This document shows, piece after piece, positions 1 to 11,097 of a stretch of DNA of 53,394 nt. The notes under the pieces were generated by a model, which was not told the origin of the DNA, ran no database searches, and saw nothing but the letters and a program-made list of their open reading frames with translations. Each line of letters begins with the position of its first letter. The first letter of the stretch is position 1. The DNA is taken from NCBI GenBank assembly GCA_009602725.1, contig WELB01000004.1, positions 1,159,457 through 1,212,850 of the forward strand, written 5' to 3'. This stretch comes from Spirogloea muscicola (Eukaryota). The translations under genes were made by a program, and so were the position numbers.

Positions 1-3000
1 TCCAGAGCACTGTAGTCGATAATGGAGAAACGCTTGTCCCTGAATTCCGTCTCCAGGCTCTTTCCTGGGCGTAACCGGTCTGCAACATCCTCCTGCTTCA
101 GCTATATAGAGCCAAACAACCGGGGCAGACTTAGTGCGGTACGATCACCAGGGGGCAGGACATACTATTGAACAAGATTTGTCACAAAAGGGTATGTCAC
201 AACAGGGATGCTAATTGTCTTGTTGGCCAACAACAATCTGAAACAGCGTGGGCAAGCAACAAACTAAGCATCAATGTCTCCAAAGCAAAGATGCAAGCTA
301 CTGGTTGCATCACAGGAGCCGCCTGGGCTACAGTAAAAGCATATGGAGAAGCCAGTATTGCTGACCGGAAAATCATGCGGAAGGCTGGGGCAACCAGCGA
401 TCTGGTTGGGGTGCATGCCGGCCAGGGCCTGGCGGCCATACTCGTATTCATCAGTCCAAGGCCGAGGCAGATTCAGAACCAGGGGACTGGGGAATTTTAC
501 ATAGTCAAACCGGCTGTTGCCGCCAAAGCCTTGAAACAGGCTTTCCTGAAGTAGCAAGCAGCAGGAGGCATCAGTCATGCACTAGGATAAGAGTACGACA
601 GAAGTCACTGACCTCAGCACGACAGAGTGATGGCGCAAGGGTGGCAGATGTGGGAGAGGATGCGAGGGAGCTAGTAGTATCAAGAAGCAAGACGAGCACC
701 TGCTCTGCATTTAGCAGATTCCATGGGCGGTTGCCGATAAGGTGCCATGGGTCAGAAAGCAGGGCCTTCGAGACCGAGACAATCTGCATATGAAACCTCA
801 AGGTGTCTGTCAAGCCAAGGTGCTGCCATATGCTCATGCTATCAGCACAAAACTTGGCAGCATCAAGAGTCTCAAGTACGAGGGCAGGTGAGAACCTGGG
901 CCTGGTTAAAATTCCACTGCTTGCTCAACTCAAAACGCTCGTTGATGGGTATCTCCTCTGGCTTTTGGAGCAGGGGTATACTTGCAGCGAAGCCAAGCGT
1001 TTTCTGACGCCTGCTCTCAACACACGCGGAGAACGGTGTCAAGAGCACCACATGCCTGCTAAGTGGAGAAGGGCCTCTAAGAATCTTGCACTGGGGAGTG
1101 TGAGCTGCGCGTGGAAAGCGTGCACCCAGAGCATAGAGGCGAGAGGCGCTGTGGAGAACCTTGGGTAAGGCTTGGGGACTGGTCGGTAGCCGGGGGCTGA
1201 TGTAACGGTGGTCCCCAAGGGTACGCTGAGATCGTCATACTGCAGGAGGACAGGGTGCAGCATTCGTGTCAGCATGCATAGAGGCATTACTACAGCGCGG
1301 ATCCTATGGCTCACTTTGACGTCAAAGCAGTGCATCCCATTTGCATGTGACTGGACGCGGAGTATATCTGCTTGAGGAGCAAGCGGGGAAGCAAGTCACC
1401 TCCGCAAAGTCATAGTCTTCCTGCGCTTTGCTGAGCTGCCATCTACGGAATGGCTTGACGACCTCAGGCGTATCCTTGGGAAGGTAGGCCTTGGCCTCGA
1501 AGAGTGGGTGGGTGTCCCTCAACCGGATCCAGCTGTACACGGGGAAGATCTCGCCGCCCAGCTTCAGCGTGTTCACAAACCACTGCAAAGGAGGGGTGTC
1601 AACAGGGACGTTGAGGCCCGCCATCGCGGCAGACAGCCTCTGCCTTTAGACCAGAGTGCATGTGAGCAAGTCTGTCCTTCTTTGCTCCCGCACACCCGGG
1701 CATGGGTGTTCACGTGCACGCGTGACCACCCCCCCCACAGGTACCGTGCCAAGATTAAGTGTCCATGAGTCACAGAGTAAGTCTGGAGAAAGCAACAGCA
1801 GGCAACCTGCTGTGCAGCGCAACTGAAACAAGGCCTGAGTGACTGAGGCCTGCACCTCCCCAGTGGTGAAGTGCCGGGCCAGGGGCAGCTTCTGGAAGGG
1901 CGCCTGAAGCTCAACAGGGATCCTCGAAGTCACGATGGCAAAGAAATTGTCAACAGCACGCCCGATCAAGTTCGAATCCTCTGGATTTGCTAGTTCCACC
2001 ACCACTGGATCCTGCAGGCGACAGCAAGAACACTGTTACCCGACCTTGTCTTTGCTGGCACCTCTTTGATGGAGATGCACGCAAGCGAGCAGTCAGCAGA
2101 AATCGCCAACTGTACCCACTAGCAGAGTTACTGAGAGCCCTTCATACCTCCAGCTCTGCTGGAAGTGTGATGGAGGCGCTGAGGACGGTGTCGGGGTCAA
2201 AGGGACCCTTCAAGCGCAGCCAATCTGACTGGACACCATTACGCCCGGTAACGCGAATCTGCACATGTGAACAGCGTAGGGTGAGAAGTCGACTCGCCAA
2301 CTGCAAGCTCTGTGCTCCTCTGTGCTCACCTGTCTCCTGTCTCCAGATCCATTTTGAGCACCAAATCCACCCCTACCGCAACCCCCTCCAGGCAGGCCAG
2401 TGGCCCATTACACATCTGCCGGCACAACGCACATTGCCTTACTGCAGCATGCGAAGCAAGGGGCTGTGCAGGTGGCCGAGCATTGCCCACATGTGCAATA
2501 TAGGCCACCACACCTTGGCGTCCCGGGGCAGCCCGGCATTGGCATATGGACCCGTCTCGATCTCGATGACCTCGGTCTTGGTGCCGCCCTTGACGGACAC
2601 TCGGGCTGTCGGCAGAGTGACCTTCTCCACCGATACGGCATTGCGGACGACGAGGGTGCGCACGAGCCTGCTGGGGCGGGCTGCCGTGGGGCTGGCCGTG
2701 CTCACATGGCACTGCGGAGTGGGAGGCGCCAGGGGGTGAGAGAGGGCGTGAGGACGTCCGGGAGCTGGTGGCAAGCGTGGTGAGGCATTGCTGCCCGCCG
2801 GTGGCTGCGCTCGTGCGTCGTGCAGGCTGCAAGAGGCTGCCGGTGAGTCGGAGGCCCCCAGACGGATGCTGGGAGGCGAGGCGGCGAGCAAGGCGGAGCA
2901 GCATGCCGCATGCAGGCGGAAGCGGCGGCCGGGAAGAGGCGCAGACCCGACGGAGCCCGGGAGGGAGGCGGGCGAGCGCGGCGGCGGAGGAGAGCCGCTG

Positions 3001-3039
3001 CGGCGGCGGCGCCGTGACGGCGGCTTGGGCGGCGGCCAT
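1..3039 (-). CDS. LOX: Lipoxygenase, plastid-targeted type (multi-exon; 3' part continues beyond the window start)
   Basis: ATG at 3039. Exon 1 (3039-2947) and exon 2 (2711-2514) splice in phase to a transit-peptide-like MAAAQAAV...RLVRTLVVRNA. Later exons give PLAT-like IRVTGRNGVQSDW, then FPVYSWI...KAYLPKDTP, YDDL...PYPRF, IPINERFELSK, WTDEYEYGRQALAGMHP and RFSIIDY, all recognisable LOX motifs with GT-AG boundaries. Confidence 0.9.
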
Positions 3040-3157
3040 GGCGAAGGAAGCAGGCACGGCGAGGGGGCCCGTGGCGCTGCGCCGGAGCTGGCGACCACAG
3101 GAGGCGGCTGCTTATGTGGTGGATGGGGGCTGGATGGAGGTCGGGGCGAGGATGCAG

Positions 3158-3162
<5 letters not shown>

Positions 3163-3209
<47 letters not shown>

Positions 3210-3222
3210 NNNNNNNNNNNNN

Positions 3223-3254
<32 letters not shown>
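3163..3254. repeat. (CT)n microsatellite, N gap (3210-3222) and poly-A run
   Basis: Directly visible. The poly-A abuts the gap and is probably a gap-edge artefact. Confidence 0.9.
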
Positions 3255-3255
<1 letters not shown>

Positions 3256-3337
3256 ACCCCCCAGGCCCCCTCCGCCTGACTCGGCGCGCTCTGGCCCCGG
3301 CTCTTCCGGAGCCGGCTCTCCCCGTAGACCCTCTAGG

Positions 3338-4853
3338 CTTGCATTAGCCCAGGCTAAATGACCCGTGGGTTTTGACCAGAGGTTACTGAGCAGGTCAATC
3401 TGCTGTAGGTTATGTAGGTCTTTAGATGTGCTTGCCTTTGTACTTGGCAATTTGGCATTCATTTGTTTCAAACACACGAAAATTTTTCCAGGCTAAATAG
3501 CTTCCGTGGCGGTGGTTCGGCTCCTCAGTATAGCTTGTCAGATATGCATGTGCTCACTCGGGGATATTCAGTGTCCCCCTTAGCATACATAGCACACGAA
3601 ATTTCCTTAGCCAGCTCATTACCCAGTTAAGACGACATTTGTAAGGCTAGAATTGGCCTCCCTTTCAGATTACATGCGCACCGCGCGCCTTCTTTCTAGG
3701 CTGAGATGGGCTTGCCAGCTGCATATCTGTCGTCCTTGCGAAGACGAGTTTAGGCGTGTTTGCAGCCTGCTCAGGCTAATGCTTTGCAAGAGAAAGCTGG
3801 GCGAGCTCTAGTTAGTGACCCTAACCCTAAACTTTAAACCCCAATCATGTATTGACCCGTGGTTACTGAGAGGGTCAATCTGCTGTGGGTGATGTCTGTC
3901 ATTAGATGTGCTTGCCTTTGTACTTGGGCAATCTGGCCTTCATTTGCTTTAAACAAACGCAATCTCCTCTAGACTAGAACGGGTCAATTTGTAGTGGGTG
4001 ATGTACGTCATCGGATGTGCTAGCCATTGTACTTGGCCACTTTGGCCTTCGCTTATCCTTACAACAATTTCGACCATTCCCCTCTGGATGCTCCCTGGGC
4101 TGGCTTCTCCCCGTCCGTCCTGAACCAGGAGACCAGTTTCTTCGACCTGTGGCCGCTTAGCAGGGGTTACCGAGTATTCGTAGCTACTTAAATTCCCTGT
4201 GTGCTATAGCGCTTTCGCTGGCCTCTCTTTCAATTTCATGCGCACCGCGCGCCTGCTCTCTCTTTCCCTGGTTCCTTCGAAGTTTGTTCACTCTTTTCTC
4301 TGGGCTGCCCTCTCTCAGCCACCGCCCTCTCCTGAAAGCGTCTTTCTTCTTTTCGGGCTGGCTTTCCTACAACCCTGGGCCCTCTCCCAACGCAAATCTT
4401 GGATGAGCTTACGGGTACAGCCGCTTCTTCCGCGTATCAGCAGCCGTATGCACGGCGAGCTCCTCGGCCGGCGGTCTCGGCGTGCCGGCGCGCGAGGCAG
4501 GCCGGCGCTGCAGCCCGCCCGCCCGTTCGCCCGCGTCTCGTAAGCCTTCTTGCCTTGTGCCTTCCCGCTTGACCTGCCCTCTCCCAGCCGATCGCCCCCT
4601 CCTGGGCGGCCTGCCTCTCCTCCTTTACCCCGTTAACAGGACATTTGTAAGGCTTAAATTGGCCTTCCTTTCAAATTCATGCGCCTTCTCTCCTCCGCCG
4701 CCCGCCTCCCCATTTATCGATTAGCGACCTTCCCGTTTTGACCCATGGGTATTGAGCGGGTCAATCTGCTGTAGGTTATGTAGGTCTTCAGATGTGCTTG
4801 CCTTGTACTTGGCCATTTGACCTTCGTTTGATTTAGATACACGTTTTTCCCGT
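3338..4853 (+). mobile_element. Nested cluster of 5'-truncated CRE-like/RLE non-LTR retrotransposon 3' ends (subfamilies here called A, C, D)
   Basis: 3700-3810 translates AEMGLPAAYLSSLRRRV*ACLQPAQANALQEKAGRAL, closely matching 47157-47270. The A-type 3' UTR (gggtcaatctgctgtagg...tgtgcttgcctttgtacttggc) recurs at about 3390, 3870, 3980 and 4757. The D-type end (VLTRGY...tgtaaggctagaattggcctcc...atgcgcaccgcgcgccttct) lies at 3500-3694, with partial tips at about 4220 and 4640. TSDs are visible. Confidence 0.85.
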
Positions 4854-6944
4854 CACTCCCATTGCATGCCAGATTTCGCACATGCGAGAATTGGCATGGG
4901 TATCATGGCAAGAATGGGTATCATAGCAAAAGAGGCAGACAGCCAGCTCTCTTGGCTTGATTTAAGCCCTGGAGCAGCCCAGGCAGGTGGATGAGATCGA
5001 GCTCTTTCCTCACACCCAGCACGTGCTACTGCTCGGTGGCAGGATGGAGAGGCGCTCGTTGTCAACGCCGCTCTCCGCCTCCACACATTGCCCGACAAGT
5101 CAGTCTCCAAGGCTAGCTCGCTGGGTTATTCTGAAAGCCCTCCATGATCTCAAGCCTTGCATGGTCTCCCTGGTTGAGATCAGCTCCAATCACAACTTCC
5201 AGTTTTTTATCTGCAGCGCTTTAAGGAGGTAAGGAGGTCACTGTCGATTTTAGGACACCCTCTTCTCTCCTCAGTACCTCCTCATTGCAATGGTGTTTAC
5301 GGAGTGGCACGCCCCTGGGGAAGGGGCACGGGGGACCTATCACGAAGAACGGCTGGTCTTGCCGTGACCTTGCAGGGGACTGTGCAGTGGCCCAATTTGA
5401 TCACAAGGTTGATGAGTACAGTCGACGTTGGACTCACTTATTAGAAAGCAGACTCACTCAGTGAATCTTGGTTCTATATATGAGTGCAGCACAAGTGCCC
5501 GTTCCTCTGGTGGCTCTGCTGAATATGCTGTGGCAGGCTCTGAATGTATTCCTTGCAAACCTGGAGAGCATTGCAAATATTCTACCATCGGACTGCAAGA
5601 AGTGTCATATCTTCAAGAAGCACATCATGGGGCGTAAAGTCATCAATGTCATTGCGTGCAAGGAACACACAGAATCAAGCGCACTGAGGCTTTGATACGG
5701 TGGCAAGCCCGAATGCGAGAGGCACAAGAAGCACTTCAGGAACGGGACGTGTCTTGGCGTGTAGATGTGTAATTGCTGGGTTCTGCTGCATGTTGGATGG
5801 GCTGGCAGAGCTGCATGAGCTCCACAACTTGAGTTATCTGATGTACGTTCACAAGATGTGGCCTTGTTGCTGAAGTCTTTCGAAGCGTCGGGGCCCTGCC
5901 GCTGTGAGTGCAGGCCATATAGGTCGCGCGGGCCAAGTGCGTTGGTGCCAAGGTCCTACTGAAGCACAGGTCATTTTCTGTGCAGGAGCAGGCAGGAGCT
6001 TTCCTACTGAAGTGAAAGAAGGAGCAGGTGATGCAATCAACTGCATAGTGTCCCTATAGGTGATGGTCACTTCACAACGAGTCTCAGAACGCGGCGGAAG
6101 AGGAGCTGGGTCATACCATTGATGAACTTTCCCCTCTACTCAACGGTCCAGATTGTGAAGGCTCAGAGCCAGGTCGGTCCCTGTGGGTGCTTGTTTAATT
6201 GAGCTCCTAGTTGACCTGGCAGGGCATGGCCTGTGGCCAAGGTCGAGGTGGCCTCAATGTAGAAGCACAGCTGATGTATAGTGCAGGTGGAGATTTGAGC
6301 TTGTCTCATTGAGGTCTGCTCTAGGCAACACTGCATGTTACACGGATTAGCAGCCACTAACATTATCTAAGGCTGACTACCAGTCTTGACTTCCGAGTAG
6401 TATGTCACTCACTTCTGATCAGTATATGGCATTCGCCTGATTATCATCAATGCCTATCTTTTCCCCATTGACATCGGCCGTATATCTCGACAATCGGGGG
6501 CAACGAGGGGGAGGTTGTCTTTATTGACCCTACTTGATGAGTCTTTTGAGAGCTGGTAAGGACGCATGACGTGGTTGCTCATTACCCGCTTCTCTCCCTT
6601 GATTTTCATGCCATAAAGCCTGAGCCCATGTCAATATTAAGCCCATCTTTGGTCGGGCTTGAAGATCTACTCCCAAATTGCCCGATATCTCATATGCGTA
6701 TAAGGCACTCAAGTGCCTAAGCAAGAGGACTGCGAAGTGGTCGTGTCAGTAGCTGAGCAGCCATAGGCCTGCAGTGTAAGTTATATCCGACCTCGTGCAG
6801 GACATTCCACCTTCTATGCCATCATCTTAGTTGCAGACACAAGAATGCAATGCAAAAGCCTGTGCATGAGGAGCTAAAAACGAGTCAAGTCACAATGAGA
6901 AGCTTGGCCTGATATGCCTCCAAGTACGTTGTGATCCTTGGAAG

Positions 6945-7390
6945 AAAGGGCTCGCCCATTGAGGATAGGGGCTGGAAAAGCCAGCCCAAAAAAAAATGAA
7001 GAAAGGACAAGAAGGGGGCCAGGGGAAGCGCTAAGAAAATCAAGCACAAAAAGAAACAAAGCAGCTACGAATCACTCAGTAACCCCTGCTAAGGGGACGC
7101 TCAGTAACCTCTAGTGAGAAGATGCAAGTCTGGAGTTGGAAGAGATGTTAGCTGCAACTTTCAAACATGCCCACCATTAGAGGTGACACAAGAAAGCATT
7201 TAGGTGCCTGTCCTACTTGAGCTAGCGCTGCCCTGCATCAAACTCGACTTTCACATGCGCTTAAGCTTCGTTTTGTCGGGGATATTTAGTGTCCCCCCTA
7301 GCCAGTTCATTAACCAATTAACAGGACATTTGTAAGGCTAGAATTGGCCTCCCCTTCAATTTCATGCGCACCGCGCGCCTTCTCTCTTTC
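6945..7390. mobile_element. Retrotransposon 3'-end fragments (C-type UTR and B-type stop region on -, D-type tip on +)
   Basis: 6945-7092 matches 40780-40915 (same strand). 7095-7140 reverse-translates to DLHLLTRGY*. 7278-7390 matches the D-type 3' tail at 3560-3694. Confidence 0.8.
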
Positions 7391-8364
7391 TGCTTGGAGA
7401 GCTTCCACAAAGTGTCGCTTGAGGTGGCCGACGGAGGCCCTGCCCGCGTGAGAAGGACCAAGAAACAAGCTTTCCCAATGTAAGAGGATGCCTGTGGTAG
7501 GCACAGCCCAAAAGGCATGAAGACGGTGTGAGGGCTGCTTGAAGTGGCGCGCCCCAGCCCAGACGCAGGTCCTGCTACGCGGTCCCTGGGCAGGCCAGAC
7601 TGTTGCCCGGGGCCGCCGCCCGTGGCTTTTCAACGCGCGGTGGATTTTTTGGGAGTGTTGAGGATGATAGCATGACTACGGGACGACGCACCCCAGGTCC
7701 TGACAAAGCGGGCTGAGGTCACCCACTAAGTGCGTGACGCCACGAGACGTCACCAAAGACCTCACCCACTCCAGCGGGAAAGATTCTCCCGTGAGACCCT
7801 CAACCATCATTGATCAATCATGATACCCACACGTGCGAGCGCCCAGGCTCCCTCGCATGGGGAGCTTGCCTTGGCACCGCGCTTGCGGTAGGTCCGTCCA
7901 GGTGTCCTAGCCACTGCCTCTGCCTCTTCTCTGTGGGGGCTCCCCCTTGGACGTAGTCGGGGGGGCATACTTTGGGCCACCTCAGCGGTCTGCAGGCTTG
8001 AATGCGTGCTACAGAATGCGGCTCTAGGCTTTGCCCTTCATCAGCGTGTTAGGCGCCCCTAAGCAAGGCCACGAGCTTCCATGGCGGTGCTCAGGCTCCC
8101 CAACCAAGCCTGCCCCGACTTGTATGTGCTCCCTCGTGTGTACAAACGCCCCACTCCAGCCGTGCTCCCGCCCTGCTTCCTCAGGCCCTAAGAGGGTAGA
8201 AGGGCTTCGCTTTGAGTAACCCCATCATCTACACTGGCTTTGGCTTTAAGCGGACAGTGTTGGCTAGGCTTAACCACCTCCTAAATTTTCACGGTGTGCA
8301 CTGCGTGCCACATCTCTCGACATTGTCGACTTTTTTGAGCACATTCCGCCCCTTTTTGATGGGC

Positions 8365-8712
8365 TTCCCTTGGGAGCCGGTGGATTCCATGCAGCAGGCT
8401 CGCTCGCACAGGTGTATCGCATGCGCTTGTCCGTCTCGCTGCAGAGGTCCATGTAGATACAGCGCTCGCGCGCTGTATCTACGTGCCGGTCGTGCCTTAG
8501 CTGCAGCCTCTGTCTCTAGCCAGGGGACCCGTTATTGGAAACTAGTTTCTCCGACCTGCGGCTGCTAAGAAGGGAATTCTGAGTGTTTCGTAGTTACTTG
8601 ATTCCTTATCTTTTTAAGCGCGATTCTCCTGTCCCCTTCAATCTTTGTTTATTCTTTTCCCTGGGCTGGCCACTCCCAGCCACCGCCCTCTCCTGGAAGC
8701 GTCTTTCTCTTC
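8365..8712 (+). mobile_element. Degenerate C-type retrotransposon 3' fragment
   Basis: Reads QVYRMRLSVSLQRSM...ALYLRAGRALAAAS..., homologous to the 41066-41437 copy. It is followed by the C-type UTR and a GGGCTGG..CCAGCC hairpin at about 8663-8681. Confidence 0.8.
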
Positions 8713-10550
8713 CCCTACCCCATTAGGAGGATCTCCGATGCTCTACAGCACCCCATCCTCCATAAGCATGGCCACCTATTATGCTCTCCATCGAGATGTG
8801 AAGACTCCACCGGGCTCCCACCGCCCTGCATGCAAGCAGTACACGTGCGCCTCCAGCTTGGGTAGGGTACCCTTGACCAGGTCGTCGCGAGCTCCAGAAA
8901 AAAGATTGGGGGACATATGGAGCACAGACATGGTCCACCGGACATGTGAGGACTACGTAGTGCATAGGCTACCAGGCACCCAATGGTTGGGCAGGGCGCT
9001 TCCTCTTCCTGCGCGATTCGAGTATGTAAAGAGCATGACGTACAGCAAGCAGACTGCCGACTCTGCATGTGGCGCCTTGCCGGTGGCCAGGCTCCAGCCG
9101 CGTTTTCGCAGGGTGATCCAGGCGTGGCGATGAGGGCTTCAGCATCTACGCTCAAATGCAGGCGCCGTTACTGATCTGCCGGCAGTGCAGGCCGGCTGCA
9201 TGGCTTGAAGGTTAAGGGCCTCGGACGAGCAAGGTGGCTTGCTTGGCCTCTCTGCGAAGAGAGTGAAGGCTGCTACTGACATCCAAGGCGGCTGTAAAAG
9301 CCAGGCGAGTGGTGAAGGGCATCTGTAGTACTCGGATGCTAGCAGAATCGCGCGATCAGCATTGCCGTGTCGGCAACCGGTGACCGGATGAGGTGAGGGG
9401 AGAAAGAGGAGCTGCGTCGCTCAAGCCAGAGGCTGCAGAAAGGGGCGGTGAAAGGTGAGGGCTTGGGACAGCTGAAGCGACATGGAGCAGCCGCAGCCGG
9501 TAGCACGACGGAAGAGCGCATGCACAGAGCCTCCAGAAAGTGCTGCTCCATGCTCGCGTCGTCATCGGTCAGCTTGAGGGGCCAGCAGCGCGAGCAGCGA
9601 GAAACCGGCCACACGCACAAGTGCCGTGTATGTCCAAGACCAGCGCTCAGACGATATCGCTGCGAACCGGACAAGAGGAGTCGCAGTTGCACTGCAGACA
9701 GGCACGCAGAATGAGCGCAGCCTCCATCGAACGGCTCTGGCGGCAGCATCCGCGAGATCTTCGGATGTGAGCCCGTGGAGGGAATGCCATGGCCAGGGAG
9801 GCAGAGTGGCGGATGTCACGCTCGCGTGCTACCGGCCAGCCGGAGCTCGTGCAGCCTCGTGGGCAGAGGTGCGCAAGGGGCGAGGAGAGGCAATGAAGAG
9901 GAGGCGCATTGAAGCGGACGGCGGTCGCGGTTGGCGGCGCAGCACCCGAGCGAGCGTGACGCCGCGCACAGCCAAGGAGCTATCCGACAGGGGAGAGGCG
10001 CCAAGGCCTCGCTCTGGTGTGAGCACGTTGTGGGTCCCGACGCCGAGTGGGCGTCCGTGGCGGAGCACGGCAGTGGCGAGAGGGGGCCCGGGCCGTCGGC
10101 GTCGCCAGGCGCGAGGCCACGGCACGGCAGCCCGCCGGAAGGAAGGGGCAGCGCCTAGTGGCTCTCCCGCAGGGGCGGCCTGCAGGCCGGCCGGGCCCCA
10201 CCACGCCGGAGGGAGGTGGGGCGGGAGGCAGGGCCCGTGCGCGCACTGGCGGGCACAGCGGGCGCCGCAAGTTGGGGAAGGAGGGGCCGCACGGCAGGGC
10301 CCGCGCTACTGTGCGCGAATCTTGGCGCGGGCAGGACAAGCCAATGCGGCGGGCAGGGCGGTGGCGGATGCGGTTGCGGGCGGGGGGGGGGGCGCCCCGC
10401 GAAGGCCGGACGGCGGGCAGCCCGATGATCCTCTGCGGGGGCCCGCGCGGGAAATTGTCGGGCGGTCAACGGCGCCCCGCCCGCGCTGGTGCTGTGCGAG
10501 CCGGCCCGGGCTTTTCGGGGCATGCGCGCCGGCCTCCGCACCCCCCCTTG

Positions 10551-10840
10551 GGCATGCCGGCAGCCTACGTGCCATACTTGCGACGTCGGGTGTCAGCTTG
10601 TCTGCAGCGAGCTCAAGCGCATGCGTTGCATCAGAAAGCTAAAGCTGGTCGAGCCTCTGCTCGTTGCTCGAGGGCTTGTCGACTGCCGTCCGGTATTCGG
10701 GCATCAGTCAGCGACCTGCATGTGCCTGACTCGTGGTTTCTGAGCGGGTCAGCTTCGCAGCAGGTGACGTACATTTGCCAACGTGCTTGCCTTTGTCCTT
10801 GGCCACGCAGGCCCTCCATCTCTTAATACGCACCCGTTTT
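10551..10840 (+). mobile_element. A'-type retrotransposon 3' fragment
   Basis: GMPAAYVPYLRRRVSACLQRAQAHALHQKA matches the C-terminus of the 46278-47351 ORF. Stop-codon hairpin at 10726-10752, then a UTR ending in a T tract; possible CCTTGG duplication at 10546-10551/10841-10846. Confidence 0.85.
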
Positions 10841-11097
10841 CCTTGGCAGGGGGTACTTAGTGCTCCGGAGCTGCTCGTTGCCATCTGTGCTGGCTCTGGC
10901 GCTTCCTCCTGGGCAGCAGCTCCGAAGCAGTGAGGTCGCCCCCCCCAAAAAAAAAAGCCGGGCCCGCACCGCCGCGCCGCGTGCTGCGCTGCTCACGCGC
11001 GCCCCGGCAACCCACCAGGTCCGCCGCCTCGCCCCACCCCCGCTGCGCAGTCGGCGGCACCCCTAGCGGGAGCCTCACTGACATTGCCTCTGGTCAG

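Noticed and set aside
3620..3697. D-type tail as a tRNA, snRNA or known ribozyme
   Set aside because: No cloverleaf, A/B boxes, Sm site or hammerhead/HDV core recognised; it is explained as the UTR following a VLTRGY ORF end.
4880..6900. Possible gene between LOX and the lipase
   Set aside because: Only short ORFs, with no motif or consistent exon chain that I could support.
8735..9300. Coding-like stretches (DDLVKGTLPKLEAHVYCLH on -, FEYVKSMTYSK..FRRVIQAW on +)
   Set aside because: Interrupted by stops, the strands conflict, and no family was recognised; cannot be supported without a search.
9339..10642. Long overlapping ORFs (e.g. 9626-10642, 338 aa)
   Set aside because: Arg/Gly/Ala-rich products of very high GC, open in several frames on both strands with no recognisable motif. 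The region may hold the unresolved first lipase exon.
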